A stretch of DNA of 60,909 nt from positions 1 to 60,909 of IMG/VR virus record IMGVR_UViG_3300020044_004119, one strand, 5' to 3'. This document shows, piece after piece, positions 26,012-35,132 of this stretch (position 1 is its first letter; the number at the start of each line of letters is the position of its first letter). The DNA comes from a virus (lineage: Duplodnaviria > Caudoviricetes). A model generated the notes under the pieces. It was not told the origin of the DNA, made no database searches, and was given only the letters and a program-made list of their open reading frames with translations. The translations under genes and the position numbers were made by a program.

Positions 26012-26224
26012 TTAAATACTCTCAGCTATTTTCTGTTGTTCCTGCATGTATTGTTCAAAAGATACAGCAAAAGACTGAAATTTAGTTAATTCTTTCAATG
26101 TTTCTGTTACTTTCTCTTGTTGTTCGGTTGTTTGTGGGTTACTTCCTAGAGTATTTACCAGAAGAATTAGATCTTCTGAGGACATTTCCAGGAAGAATGT
26201 ATCACGGTGTTTGGTTAAGTGCAT
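26012..26224 (-). CDS. Early hypothetical protein
   Basis: Coupled ORF. Confidence 0.6.
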   Translation of the reverse strand: MHLTKHRDTFFLEMSSEDLILLVNTLGSNPQTTEQQEKVTETLKELTKFQSFAVSFEQYMQEQQKIAESI

Positions 26225-26574
26225 TATTCTGTTCCAATCATGGTTATTGATGTGAGTTTACCGTCTGTGAATGTCCATTCAAGCCTTTTTAGATTAGTTT
26301 TTGGATTGTCATACCAGAATTGTGGTTGCATAAGGTTGAGATCTTCGTTGTTTGTTATGAACCTCTCAATACGATCATAAAAAGTGTATTTTTTGATAGT
26401 AACTGGTTGATGTTTGATGCGATAGCTATACTCTTCAACCCAACCGGGGCTATCTATTAATTCCCATTGATCTGTGTATACACATTTTCTCTCAATCTTA
26501 GCGCCATCAGCCCATGCTTTGATTAACTCTGCATGTTTATGTGGTACTGGACGTGGTGAAGTGTTTTGTTTCAT
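26224..26574 (-). CDS. Early hypothetical protein
   Basis: PHKHAELIKAWADGAKIE...PGW...YRIK. Confidence 0.7.
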   Translation of the reverse strand: MKQNTSPRPVPHKHAELIKAWADGAKIERKCVYTDQWELIDSPGWVEEYSYRIKHQPVTIKKYTFYDRIERFITNNEDLNLMQPQFWYDNPKTNLKRLEWTFTDGKLTSITMIGTE

Positions 26575-26583
26575 GGTTGTTCT

Positions 26584-26832
26584 TTAAATAACTTGTGCTT
26601 GATCATATACCGCTGTATATTCTACAACAATTCCTGGCATCTCTACTGATGAGGTCATACCCAGGATAATGTCTTGTGTGTTTGCTGTAACAAATAGCAC
26701 CGTATTCCCTAATGGATCCAGTGACATCAGTGTTTTACAGCCAAACTCTTCAAGAGCTTCTGTGAGTTCATCGTATGTGTCCAGAGCGAACATTGATGGG
26801 ATAAGTGGTGTGAGTAAGAGGAACTTTGACAT
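26584..26832 (-). CDS. Early hypothetical protein
   Basis: 82-aa ORF. Confidence 0.6.
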   Translation of the reverse strand: MSKFLLLTPLIPSMFALDTYDELTEALEEFGCKTLMSLDPLGNTVLFVTANTQDIILGMTSSVEMPGIVVEYTAVYDQAQVI

Positions 26833-26841
26833 AGTGGTCTT

Positions 26842-27039
26842 TCAGTTGGTTGTAGAGATAATATGGTTGGTCAGTGAGAAGTGTGCTATTGTGTCTTGGA
26901 AGGCCAAGGCTTCAGCAGTATCTCGTGGATTGTTACCCTCATACTGGCGAATACCAGCACGCTCCTCGAAGAATTCTTTGTAGTCTTCTTCTGGGATATG
27001 ATTGAGGTGTTTGTTGAGGAGTGTGTGGTAGTTGAGCAT
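26842..27039 (-). CDS. Early hypothetical protein
   Basis: FFEERAGIRQYEG...AEALA. Confidence 0.65.
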   Translation of the reverse strand: MLNYHTLLNKHLNHIPEEDYKEFFEERAGIRQYEGNNPRDTAEALAFQDTIAHFSLTNHIISTTN

Positions 27040-27126
27040 ATGAATACCCTTGAGTTATGGTTGGTTAGTAGGCGAAAGCACCTACCCATAGAACACTCTG
27101 AAAAATGTTCTACAGGTATCTACCTA

Positions 27127-27582
27127 TTAGATACGTTGAAGCTCTTGTTTCTTAATCAAATAAGCAGCATGAGCTTGTTCTTGGGTATCATAAGTACCAA
27201 GATACATTTGCTTGTTATTTATCTTAATAACAGCAATCCATCTACCACTACGAGCACGTTTACACCCGATCTTTCCGGGTTCTTTATTGTGTGTATTGAT
27301 AGAAGCAGTAACATCCCTCAAGTTATCTAAACGATTATCATCTCTAATACGGTTAATATGATCAATATCGTTGATTGGGTAACTACCATACACATACAAC
27401 CATATTAACCTATGCAGTTGATACTGTTTACCGTTAATCCTTAGCGATCTATAACCATTAAATTCAGTACAACCAGCCACTGCACCCTTAACCGCTTTAG
27501 GGCTAAGAGTGTAGCGATTAGTTAGTAAACCAGTTAATGGGTTATAATAATACCTTTCTTTAAGTAATTCTTGTGTTATCAT
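27127..27582 (-). CDS. HNH endonuclease with AP2-like C-terminal domain
   Basis: HRLIW...IDHINRIRDDNRLDNLR...N; RWIAVI...YLGTYDTQEQAHAAY. Confidence 0.9.
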   Translation of the reverse strand: MITQELLKERYYYNPLTGLLTNRYTLSPKAVKGAVAGCTEFNGYRSLRINGKQYQLHRLIWLYVYGSYPINDIDHINRIRDDNRLDNLRDVTASINTHNKEPGKIGCKRARSGRWIAVIKINNKQMYLGTYDTQEQAHAAYLIKKQELQRI

Positions 27583-27591
27583 TTATTCCTT

Positions 27592-27921
27592 TCAAATAGA
27601 TTCAACAATGTTATAAAACCAAACGTTACAATCGTTACCACCGGCAGCAATAAAACAAACCTTAGCACCTTTGTCATAAGCACTTTGAAGACGTTTAGTT
27701 AATGACTTGACATCAGCATCGCTATTAAAGCGATCGATTCGGGCTTGACGCTTACGGTTATCAGAGCCTGTTGCCTCAATAGACCGTGTTGTTTCATTGA
27801 AGCTTAACTCAACAATAGTCACAGGCAAACTCTTACGGTCTTCGCCCAATGGATTGTTGGTAGAGAAAGCAACATTGGCTTTAGGAGAGACTTTGAAAGA
27901 AGGAGTGAAAGCTTTAGTCAT
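27592..27921 (-). CDS. Early hypothetical protein
   Basis: 109-aa ORF with AAGGA SD. Confidence 0.7.
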   Translation of the reverse strand: MTKAFTPSFKVSPKANVAFSTNNPLGEDRKSLPVTIVELSFNETTRSIEATGSDNRKRQARIDRFNSDADVKSLTKRLQSAYDKGAKVCFIAAGGNDCNVWFYNIVESI

Positions 27922-28005
27922 GGTGTTATCCTTGGTTGACTGTGAGTTGAATGGACGGATTGTCCCCGTAGAATACTCGGTGAATATTCTACAGGTACAG
28001 TACGG

Positions 28006-28116
28006 TCAATGTGAGTAGTGTACATCTACCAATGATGGCAGGTATTGGGTGAGGTCTTGTTGGTTAGTTGTCTTGAGCAACAGACGACCAGAGCGTTTTG
28101 AGTAGACGTAGTACAT
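28006..28116 (-). CDS. Small early protein (36 aa)
   Basis: Manual ORF MYYVYSKRSGRLLLKT...; AAGGAG SD. Confidence 0.55.
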   Translation of the reverse strand: MYYVYSKRSGRLLLKTTNQQDLTQYLPSLVDVHYSH

Positions 28117-28129
28117 ATTAACTCCTTGA

Positions 28130-28276
28130 TTAATCTTCAAACACAAATGCACAATAAGAACAGATCATACTCAGACATGCTAACAAGAACAGAGGCCAAG
28201 CATTGAATACAGTAGCAGCAGCTACACACATCAGTGCTGACAGAAACAACAGACCAGTAACAAACAAGCGGAACAT
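28130..28276 (-). CDS. Small early membrane protein (48 aa)
   Basis: Manual ORF MFRLFVTGLLFLSALMCV...; GGAG SD; two hydrophobic helices. Confidence 0.55.
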   Translation of the reverse strand: MFRLFVTGLLFLSALMCVAAATVFNAWPLFLLACLSMICSYCAFVFED

Positions 28277-28337
28277 AATGTTCTCCAGTAACGAGCAAGA
28301 TCGCTCTCCACAACTTCAAAGGCTGTAGGCAAAGATC

Positions 28338-28550
28338 TCAATCAACAATACGAACATTAGCATCCAAGTCGTGGCGGTAGTATGTATATACAAGGGTAGT
28401 GGTTTCGGAGGTATACACGCGAGTCTCCAGGGCAGTATGTTCAACAGGAAACAAAGAGCCATAGCGCGAGTCAACAAAGGAACGCATGGTATCACGACCA
28501 CTAACGAACTCGGCACGAGCAGCGGAACGAGGAACAAAACGAAGAGACAT
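28338..28550 (-). CDS. Probable first early gene (70 aa)
   Basis: MSLRFVPRSAARAEF...; first ATG after the A-less leader, with a GGGG SD-like element. Confidence 0.5.
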   Translation of the reverse strand: MSLRFVPRSAARAEFVSGRDTMRSFVDSRYGSLFPVEHTALETRVYTSETTTLVYTYYRHDLDANVRIVD

Positions 28551-28712
28551 AACAAACCCCAAAGAGCGCAAACAAGGAAAGCCGACAGCACCGCGCCAAG
28601 CACAGCCGACAGGAGGGAGGGAGCAGGACGAGCACGCCCGACCAGCACGCAGCACCCGCCACAGAAGCGAGGGGGCCACGGAACCAGAACAGGGGAACCC
28701 AAACAAACACCC
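28551..28712. other. 162-nt tract with no T on the plus strand
   Basis: Base-by-base inspection; flanking T at 28550 and 28713. Confidence 0.9.
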
Positions 28713-28806
28713 TGATTCTTTGACACACAAAGAAAACTCCCCAAATAAAACCTAGGGTACCCACAAAACACCTCCCAAAAAATTCTCGCAGATAAAATAC
28801 CCCAAT

Positions 28807-28862
28807 TATACTCTCCCAAAAACAGTAATCCAAAGTATACTCTTCCAATAAGTAATCCAAAG
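28807..28862. repeat. Two imperfect tandem ~28-bp repeats
   Basis: TATACTCTCCCAAAAACAGTAATCCAAAG / TATACTCTTCCAATAAGTAATCCAAAG. Confidence 0.8.
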
Positions 28863-28881
28863 TAGTCGGTTCCTAATAGGG
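28862..28881 (+). promoter_or_regulatory. Putative phage RNAP promoter at the head of the late arm
   Basis: GTAGTCGGTTCCTAATAGGG. Confidence 0.75.
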
Positions 28882-28906
28882 AATATATTTTCTACTAAGG
28901 ACACAA

Positions 28907-30550
28907 GTGGCAACAACAAACAAACAAAAGCTGGAAGCTCTACGGGAGTTACAGAAAAGACAGAAATTAGCTCAGTATCAAAATAACTTTGAGCTATTTG
29001 CAAAAGAACAGATCAAAATCTTACCGAAAGATTCTTCAAAAGGTTTCAAATATTTTGAGTTCAATGAAGCTCAACATATTGTAAATAATAAGATTGAAGA
29101 ACAATTAGCTGAGACTGGAAGGGTACGTGCTATTATTCTTAAAGCCCGACAGATGGGTTTAAGTACGTATACCACAGCTAGGGTTTTCTGGAAGAGCTAT
29201 TTTAACGCCTACAACAAGTCAGTTGTTATGGCGCATGATGCAGCCACCTCTGATGCTTTGTTTAGTATGTCCAGAAATACTATCTCAAACATGGATCCAA
29301 CATTCAGACCTGCATTTAAGAAGTCTAACGCCAAAGAGATTATGTTTGAACATAATGATTCAGGATACAGACTATACACTGCGGGTGCTCCTGAAGCGGG
29401 TAGAGGTACAACACCAACTATTGCTCATCTATCAGAAGTAGCCTTCTGGACACATGATGAGAAAATCTTGGCTGGCTTATTCCAAGGTATCTCTCAGGCT
29501 AAAGGTACTGAGGTTATTTTAGAGAGTACCGCTAACGGTGTAGGTAATGCTTTTCACAGATTATGGAAGGGTGCTGTAGCCGGGGAAAACGAATACATTG
29601 CTATCTTCGTACCATGGTTCCTGATGCCTGAATATCGCAGAGATATTCCATCAAAGATAACATTTGAAAGAACACCTGAAGAAGAAGTATTAGTCACAAG
29701 GTTTAACCTAGACAACGAACAATTATATTGGAGACGATTAAAGATAGCTGAGGGAGGCTTAGATAAATTTAAGCAAGAGTATCCGGCTACCCCTGAAGAA
29801 GCATTTATTGTTTCGGGTTCTAACGTATTTAATATTGAGAAACTATCTGCTCTTATTCCACAACCAATACTAAAACAAATGGAGTTTAGTTTTGAAGCTA
29901 TGATGATGGAAGAGAAACCAAGGGGTTCTATTGAGATTTTTAAATTTCCTACCTTTGAAGATTCTTTTGTTATTGGTGCTGACGTAGCACTAGGGGTTGG
30001 TAAGGACTATTCCTCTGCTGTTGTGATGAATGCCAAAAGAGAAGTTTGTGCTGTATACCGCAATAACACAATTGATCCATCACAGTTTGGTGATCTATTA
30101 TTTTATTTGGGAAGATACTATAATAACGCACTACTAGCTGTTGAATCTAATTCTATGGGAATAGCAACACTCAACCGACTAACTCAAATGGGTTATGTTA
30201 ACATGTACTACCAAACTAAGATGGCTAATGTCTCTAAAGAAGAAGGTACACGTATTGGTTGGAGAACTACATCCAGCTCTAAACCTGCTATTATCGGTTT
30301 TCTTAAGAATGCTATTGAACAAGAGGATATTTGGATTCCATCAAGAGTAATTATTGGTGAGCTGATGAATTATGTAGCTGACGATAACGGTAAAACCAAT
30401 GCCATAATTGGGCATAATGATGATACTGTTATTGCTCTTGCAATAGCACTAGAAGTGGTACGTACTCACGGTGATAAACTAACAACTAACAATGTACCTT
30501 TTACTCAACGTATGGGAACATTCCAACAAGTAGAAAGTACATGGTTATGA
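28907..30550 (+). CDS. terL: Terminase large subunit
   Basis: LKARQMGLST, GRG...HLSEVAFW, ESTANG, IGADVA, VESN, HNDDTVIALA. Confidence 0.95.
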   Translation: MATTNKQKLEALRELQKRQKLAQYQNNFELFAKEQIKILPKDSSKGFKYFEFNEAQHIVNNKIEEQLAETGRVRAIILKARQMGLSTYTTARVFWKSYFNAYNKSVVMAHDAATSDALFSMSRNTISNMDPTFRPAFKKSNAKEIMFEHNDSGYRLYTAGAPEAGRGTTPTIAHLSEVAFWTHDEKILAGLFQGISQAKGTEVILESTANGVGNAFHRLWKGAVAGENEYIAIFVPWFLMPEYRRDIPSKITFERTPEEEVLVTRFNLDNEQLYWRRLKIAEGGLDKFKQEYPATPEEAFIVSGSNVFNIEKLSALIPQPILKQMEFSFEAMMMEEKPRGSIEIFKFPTFEDSFVIGADVALGVGKDYSSAVVMNAKREVCAVYRNNTIDPSQFGDLLFYLGRYYNNALLAVESNSMGIATLNRLTQMGYVNMYYQTKMANVSKEEGTRIGWRTTSSSKPAIIGFLKNAIEQEDIWIPSRVIIGELMNYVADDNGKTNAIIGHNDDTVIALAIALEVVRTHGDKLTTNNVPFTQRMGTFQQVESTWL

Positions 30551-30807
30551 CAAAAGATTCAAGATTAGATAGAGCAGGTGTATCCGGCTTTAATAAACCT
30601 AAGAAGACACCTAATCATCCAACTAAGAGTCATATTGTTGTAGCTAAGTCAGGTGATACTATTAAGACTATAAGGTTTGGTGAGCAAGGAGCCGTGGGTA
30701 GCCCTGATGGTTCTAAGAGAAACGAAGCTTTTAAAGCAAGACACCAAGAGAATATTAACAAAGGCCCACTATCAGCAGCATATTGGGCAAACAAAGTGAA
30801 GTGGTAA
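30541..30807 (+). CDS. Conserved basic phage protein
   Basis: HPTKSH...IRFG...FKARH...SAAYWA. Confidence 0.75.
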   Translation: MVMTKDSRLDRAGVSGFNKPKKTPNHPTKSHIVVAKSGDTIKTIRFGEQGAVGSPDGSKRNEAFKARHQENINKGPLSAAYWANKVKW

Positions 30808-30950
30808 TGACAGCATTTTATAATGATAAAGCACAAACGCAGGATATGAAGAAGTTTCTGAAACCTCAGACCCCTGCAAAACAATTAAACCCCAAAGATA
30901 AAATTGGAGAGAAAAGCGGTCGTACGCTACCAATTAGAGGGCAGGGTTAA
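30807..30950 (+). CDS. Small hypothetical protein (47 aa)
   Basis: Manual ORF coupled by TAATG overlap. Confidence 0.45.
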   Translation: MTAFYNDKAQTQDMKKFLKPQTPAKQLNPKDKIGEKSGRTLPIRGQG

Positions 30951-31060
30951 ATTTAGTCCTTGTGTCCTAACTCGGGGCGACTGGCGGGTGGACGTCCAGA
31001 AGATATACAGATAGCCATTGTAGGCTTTGATTGAATGGTAGTACCTAAGAAAGGTTTACA

Positions 31061-33283
31061 ATGACAGATAGATATAAAGAAGTAGTTACTGATTCAGAAC
31101 TATTATCCATGATTGAGCAAGGTGTAATGAACTCAGTAGGGGATTTCCTAAACAGTTCTGACTTAGCTCGTGAAAGACAAAAAGCTACATATGAATATGG
31201 TATGATGCCACAATTCCACTTAGCTCCCCAAGGCGTTTCACAGATTGTATCTTCAGATACAGTAGAGGCGGTTGAGGGATACACTGCTATCCTAGCTGAG
31301 TTAATGTTTAACAACAACAGATTAGCTCGATTCCTACCAGCAGGTAAATCACCAAAAGATTTTCATGATGCTAAGGTAGCTTCAGATTTAGTTAACTATA
31401 CTATTTTCAAACAGAACTCTGGTTGGGAGGTCTTAAATACGTGGGTTAAGTCTGCGCTATTGTGGAAGAACAGTATTGTTCGTTGGGAATTTATTGAAGA
31501 CTTCGAATACTCTTTTGAGGAGTTTGATTCTATTGACCAAGAGAATCTTGACTTAATCCTTGCTGATGCAGATATTGAGGTTATTGGTACTCTTGAGTAT
31601 GATCAAGAACTAAAGACAGACGAAGAAGGTAATGCCGTTTATGCAATGGTATACAAGAATGTTCGTCTAAAAAGAAAGCATAACAAGACACGTATTGCTA
31701 TTAAGAACGTACACCCAGAAGCTTTCCGTATTACACGGGATGCACATACTTTAGATGATGCTAACTTTGTTGGTATTCAGATTGATATGACTCGTTCTGA
31801 GATTAGAAAGTATTTCCCGGATGTTGCTGAAACTATTGATTGGGATGCTATTGGTGATGGCTCAACTGATTGGGCTACTAAATATACAGAAGAACAAGCT
31901 GCTCGTAAGAAATTAGTTGGTACAGAATACTGGATGGGTAGTAATGCCAAAGAGTTATTCCCGACAGAAGCCAACAGACAACTAACAGTTATTGAATGTT
32001 GGTTACGGGTAGACCGTGATGGTGATGGTATTGCTGAATTAAAACATTTCATTATTGCAGGATCCACTATTCTTCTTGAGGAAGACTGCGACATGGTGCC
32101 GCTAGCTACACTCTGCCCATTTGAGGTACCACATGAGTTCTTCGGGTTATCAGTTGCTGACATGGTGCGTCCTTCTACTATGGCTACTACCGCAATTATG
32201 CGGGGGTTCGTAGAGAACGTTTACTTAACTAACTATTCACCTAAGCTAGCTGACCCTAACGTAGTTGACTTCTCTGCTCTTCAGAATATGAAGCCTAAGC
32301 AGATTATTGCTACTAATGGTAATCCACAGACTGCTGTCTCTGCTTTGTCTCCTGATACTATTAGTACAGGTACAGTACCCTTATTAGAGTTACTACAAAT
32401 GCACAAAGAACAAGCCACTGGTATGGGTAAAGCTGCTCAAGGTTTGAATGATACCCTCTTTGTTTCTGGTAACTCAGAAGAAAAGATGGCTCGTGCAATG
32501 TCTGCTGCTCAGGTTCGTATTCAATATATGGCTCGTAGATTTGCTGAGACTGGTTTCAAAAGATTAACCGAGGGTGTATACAAGACACTACGAACTAAGC
32601 TTCGTGGTAAGACATCTAAGTACTATGACCAGAACAATCTATTTAAACAGATTGATCCCGGTATGTTACCTGATAATATGCTCTTGTATATTGATGTAGA
32701 TGTAGGCGAAAATAGTAATAGCAATATTATGAAGAAGATGGTTCAGATTGGTACCCAATTGATTCCTGCTTTACAACAAACGGGTGCCGGTGGTGCTGTT
32801 AACCCTGAAGCCGCTGTTCGTATTGCTTGTAAATCACTAGAAGCTATGGACTTAGATCCACTAGACTATTTAGTAGACTATACAGATGCTAAGTTCAAGG
32901 AACAAGCTCAACAGTCAAGAGACGCAGAGATGAAGGCTTCTGAGAAACAGAAAGCACTACAAGAGCAAGCTACCCAACTAGACCTAGCTCAGAGACAAGC
33001 TACCTTAGATTTGACTAATATCCAGTCTAAGAATGCTATGCAAGATAACACAAAACAACTTATGGTTGCTTTGGATACATCATACCAGAAATGGGCTGAT
33101 CTCCATATCAAAGCGGCTAAAGAAGGTGTTGAGTTACCTAAGCAACCTGACATTAAAGAACTATTAATGATTGCACAGCAAGCTATTAGCTCCAATATTT
33201 CTGGTGATGCAAGCCGTCCAAAAGGCGGTGCGCCTATGCCTGAAGTAAATGGTCCTGCAGCTATGCCTGAACAACCAATGTAA
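31061..33283 (+). CDS. Portal protein
   Basis: 740 aa after TerL; SQIVSSDTVEAVE, DRDGDGIAE, PHEFFGLS; Gln-rich helical C-terminus as in P22-like portals. Confidence 0.9.
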   Translation: MTDRYKEVVTDSELLSMIEQGVMNSVGDFLNSSDLARERQKATYEYGMMPQFHLAPQGVSQIVSSDTVEAVEGYTAILAELMFNNNRLARFLPAGKSPKDFHDAKVASDLVNYTIFKQNSGWEVLNTWVKSALLWKNSIVRWEFIEDFEYSFEEFDSIDQENLDLILADADIEVIGTLEYDQELKTDEEGNAVYAMVYKNVRLKRKHNKTRIAIKNVHPEAFRITRDAHTLDDANFVGIQIDMTRSEIRKYFPDVAETIDWDAIGDGSTDWATKYTEEQAARKKLVGTEYWMGSNAKELFPTEANRQLTVIECWLRVDRDGDGIAELKHFIIAGSTILLEEDCDMVPLATLCPFEVPHEFFGLSVADMVRPSTMATTAIMRGFVENVYLTNYSPKLADPNVVDFSALQNMKPKQIIATNGNPQTAVSALSPDTISTGTVPLLELLQMHKEQATGMGKAAQGLNDTLFVSGNSEEKMARAMSAAQVRIQYMARRFAETGFKRLTEGVYKTLRTKLRGKTSKYYDQNNLFKQIDPGMLPDNMLLYIDVDVGENSNSNIMKKMVQIGTQLIPALQQTGAGGAVNPEAAVRIACKSLEAMDLDPLDYLVDYTDAKFKEQAQQSRDAEMKASEKQKALQEQATQLDLAQRQATLDLTNIQSKNAMQDNTKQLMVALDTSYQKWADLHIKAAKEGVELPKQPDIKELLMIAQQAISSNISGDASRPKGGAPMPEVNGPAAMPEQPM

Positions 33284-33293
33284 ATATTAACAC

Positions 33294-33330
33294 GGCCTTC
33301 CCACTCAGAAATGAGGCGGGAGGGTTCTTT
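33294..33330 (+). terminator. Hairpin (terminator or processing site) after portal
   Basis: GGCCTTCCC.CTCA-GAAA-TGAG..GGGAGGGTT-CTTT. Confidence 0.5.
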
Positions 33331-33343
33331 AAAGAAATAAATA

Positions 33344-33709
33344 ATGGATAAATATCGTAAAGGCTTTGAAGAGAAGATTAAGCCACGGATGAATCACGAC
33401 ACCAATGAGTACAAAGTAGAACCTTTCAAAGATGCACAGATTGCATTAGGTCGAGCACAGTTTGTACAACGGGAACGAGAACAGTTTTTTGGTGAAGCAT
33501 ACGGTGAGATCTTGTCTGATCTTTTTGTTAGCTGGCTTAAGACTGAACCACATGCACAAAAGGAACGAGAGTTCTTATATCATACGGCAATGGCCCTTGG
33601 TAGTGTTAAAGAGAAATTAGTTGGCATTGAGATGTACGGTAATAACGTAAAGTTCATGGCACAACAAAACAAAGTTGCCCAAGAGGGGCCAGAGGAAAAC
33701 AATGAGTAA
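33344..33709 (+). CDS. Hypothetical head-module protein
   Basis: 121-aa ORF between portal and scaffold. Confidence 0.75.
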   Translation: MDKYRKGFEEKIKPRMNHDTNEYKVEPFKDAQIALGRAQFVQREREQFFGEAYGEILSDLFVSWLKTEPHAQKEREFLYHTAMALGSVKEKLVGIEMYGNNVKFMAQQNKVAQEGPEENNE

Positions 33710-33941
33710 ATATATTAAAGCAAAAGACGTACTTGTTCGCAGTCGCGAAGAGGTATTAAATGAACTTGCCCGTACAGGCGAGTCTGGTGGTACTGGTTTA
33801 GCCCAACGCTATGCCCCTATCCTTGTAAGTTTACAACAAGCAGTTGATGTTGTTAATAAACTTCTTGAAGAACCAGCGCAGCAAAACTTCGCCGAAAAGA
33901 TGAAGGCTGCAAAAGAAGCTAAGAAATTAGCTGTACAATAA
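33702..33941 (+). CDS. Hypothetical protein
   Basis: Likely start MSKYIK after a GAGG SD. Confidence 0.65.
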   Translation: MSKYIKAKDVLVRSREEVLNELARTGESGGTGLAQRYAPILVSLQQAVDVVNKLLEEPAQQNFAEKMKAAKEAKKLAVQ

Positions 33942-33968
33942 TAACGGACACAAAGGTAAAATAATTAT

Positions 33969-35102
33969 ATGAATCTATCACATCTCTCTACCAATACCCC
34001 TGCCTCAGAAGTGAGCAGTGCGAATTTTGATGACGGATACAATAGTAATGATTCGGAAGTAAAGAGTCTTGATGACATTCTACGTAACTCACCTGCAGCT
34101 AATCTGCTTGGGTTAAAGGAATCTCTACCAGAAGAAGATGAAGACGTCCCGAATCCAGATGAGTCATCGACAGAAGAAGCCCAAGAGAACGATGATGAGT
34201 CTGCTAAAGACCTAGATGACACAGAAGAATCAACTGATTCTGAGGATGATGACAACGTAGCGGATGATAAGTCTACCCAAAACGCTGATCTACCTACTGA
34301 AGAAGATATTGATTGGGAATATCAAGTACCTGTAACCGTTGACGGTAAAACAGAATACGTGACCTTAGAAGAAATCCGTAAGGGTTACTCTACTGATAAA
34401 CATCTATCTCAAAAGGGGCGTGAACTCGGTGAACTGAAGAAACAACTAGAAACCGAAAGAACCGAAAAGTTACAAGAGATTGTTACACTAGGCCAAGTTA
34501 TCCATGAGGAACTTACCCTAGTAGAAACAGATCTTGCTTCACAATACCATAAACTTAAATCTGATATTGACAAAGCTCGTGAAGAGGGTGATACGTACAC
34601 CGCCCGAGAACTTAAAGAACAATTAGAAGATACACAAGAAAAGTATTGGAAAGCACGTAACAAACGTGAAGAACAAACTAAAGCTGTGGTACAAAAAATC
34701 CAAGCTCAACAAACAGAACAACAACAAGCGTTACTTAAAGAATACGAAGAAAAGATCAGCGATCTTATCCCGGATTACTCAGAGAAAGTTGCTAAGTCTG
34801 TACGTGAGTTTGCTATTAAAGAAGGCATCCCTGAAACACTGTTAGAGAATATCTACAGTCCTGAGGTTGTCAAATTTATTAATGATTATCGTAAACTAAA
34901 AACAGCTAAAGATACTGGTGAAGCAAAACGTAAAGCCGTACCTACTACTAAGTCAATTCCTTCTAAAAGAGGAACACCTCAGTCGCAGAAAGAACGGGAA
35001 CAAGTTTCTTCATCAAGACAAAAAGTTCTTACAGGTCAAGGTTCTAAACAAGACGAATTAGATTTTCTAAAACGTATTTCTTCAGTAAGCAAAAAACTTT
35101 AA
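33969..35102 (+). CDS. Capsid scaffolding protein
   Basis: Acidic N-terminus, VTVDG..VTLEEIRKGY, long coiled coil, directly before the capsid gene. Confidence 0.85.
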   Translation: MNLSHLSTNTPASEVSSANFDDGYNSNDSEVKSLDDILRNSPAANLLGLKESLPEEDEDVPNPDESSTEEAQENDDESAKDLDDTEESTDSEDDDNVADDKSTQNADLPTEEDIDWEYQVPVTVDGKTEYVTLEEIRKGYSTDKHLSQKGRELGELKKQLETERTEKLQEIVTLGQVIHEELTLVETDLASQYHKLKSDIDKAREEGDTYTARELKEQLEDTQEKYWKARNKREEQTKAVVQKIQAQQTEQQQALLKEYEEKISDLIPDYSEKVAKSVREFAIKEGIPETLLENIYSPEVVKFINDYRKLKTAKDTGEAKRKAVPTTKSIPSKRGTPQSQKEREQVSSSRQKVLTGQGSKQDELDFLKRISSVSKKL

Positions 35103-35132
35103 TTCAAATTCTTACTATAAAGGAATAATAAA

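Noticed and set aside
28316-28860. Long overlapping ORFs in many frames
   Set aside because: By-product of the T-less tract, which cannot contain stop codons on either strand
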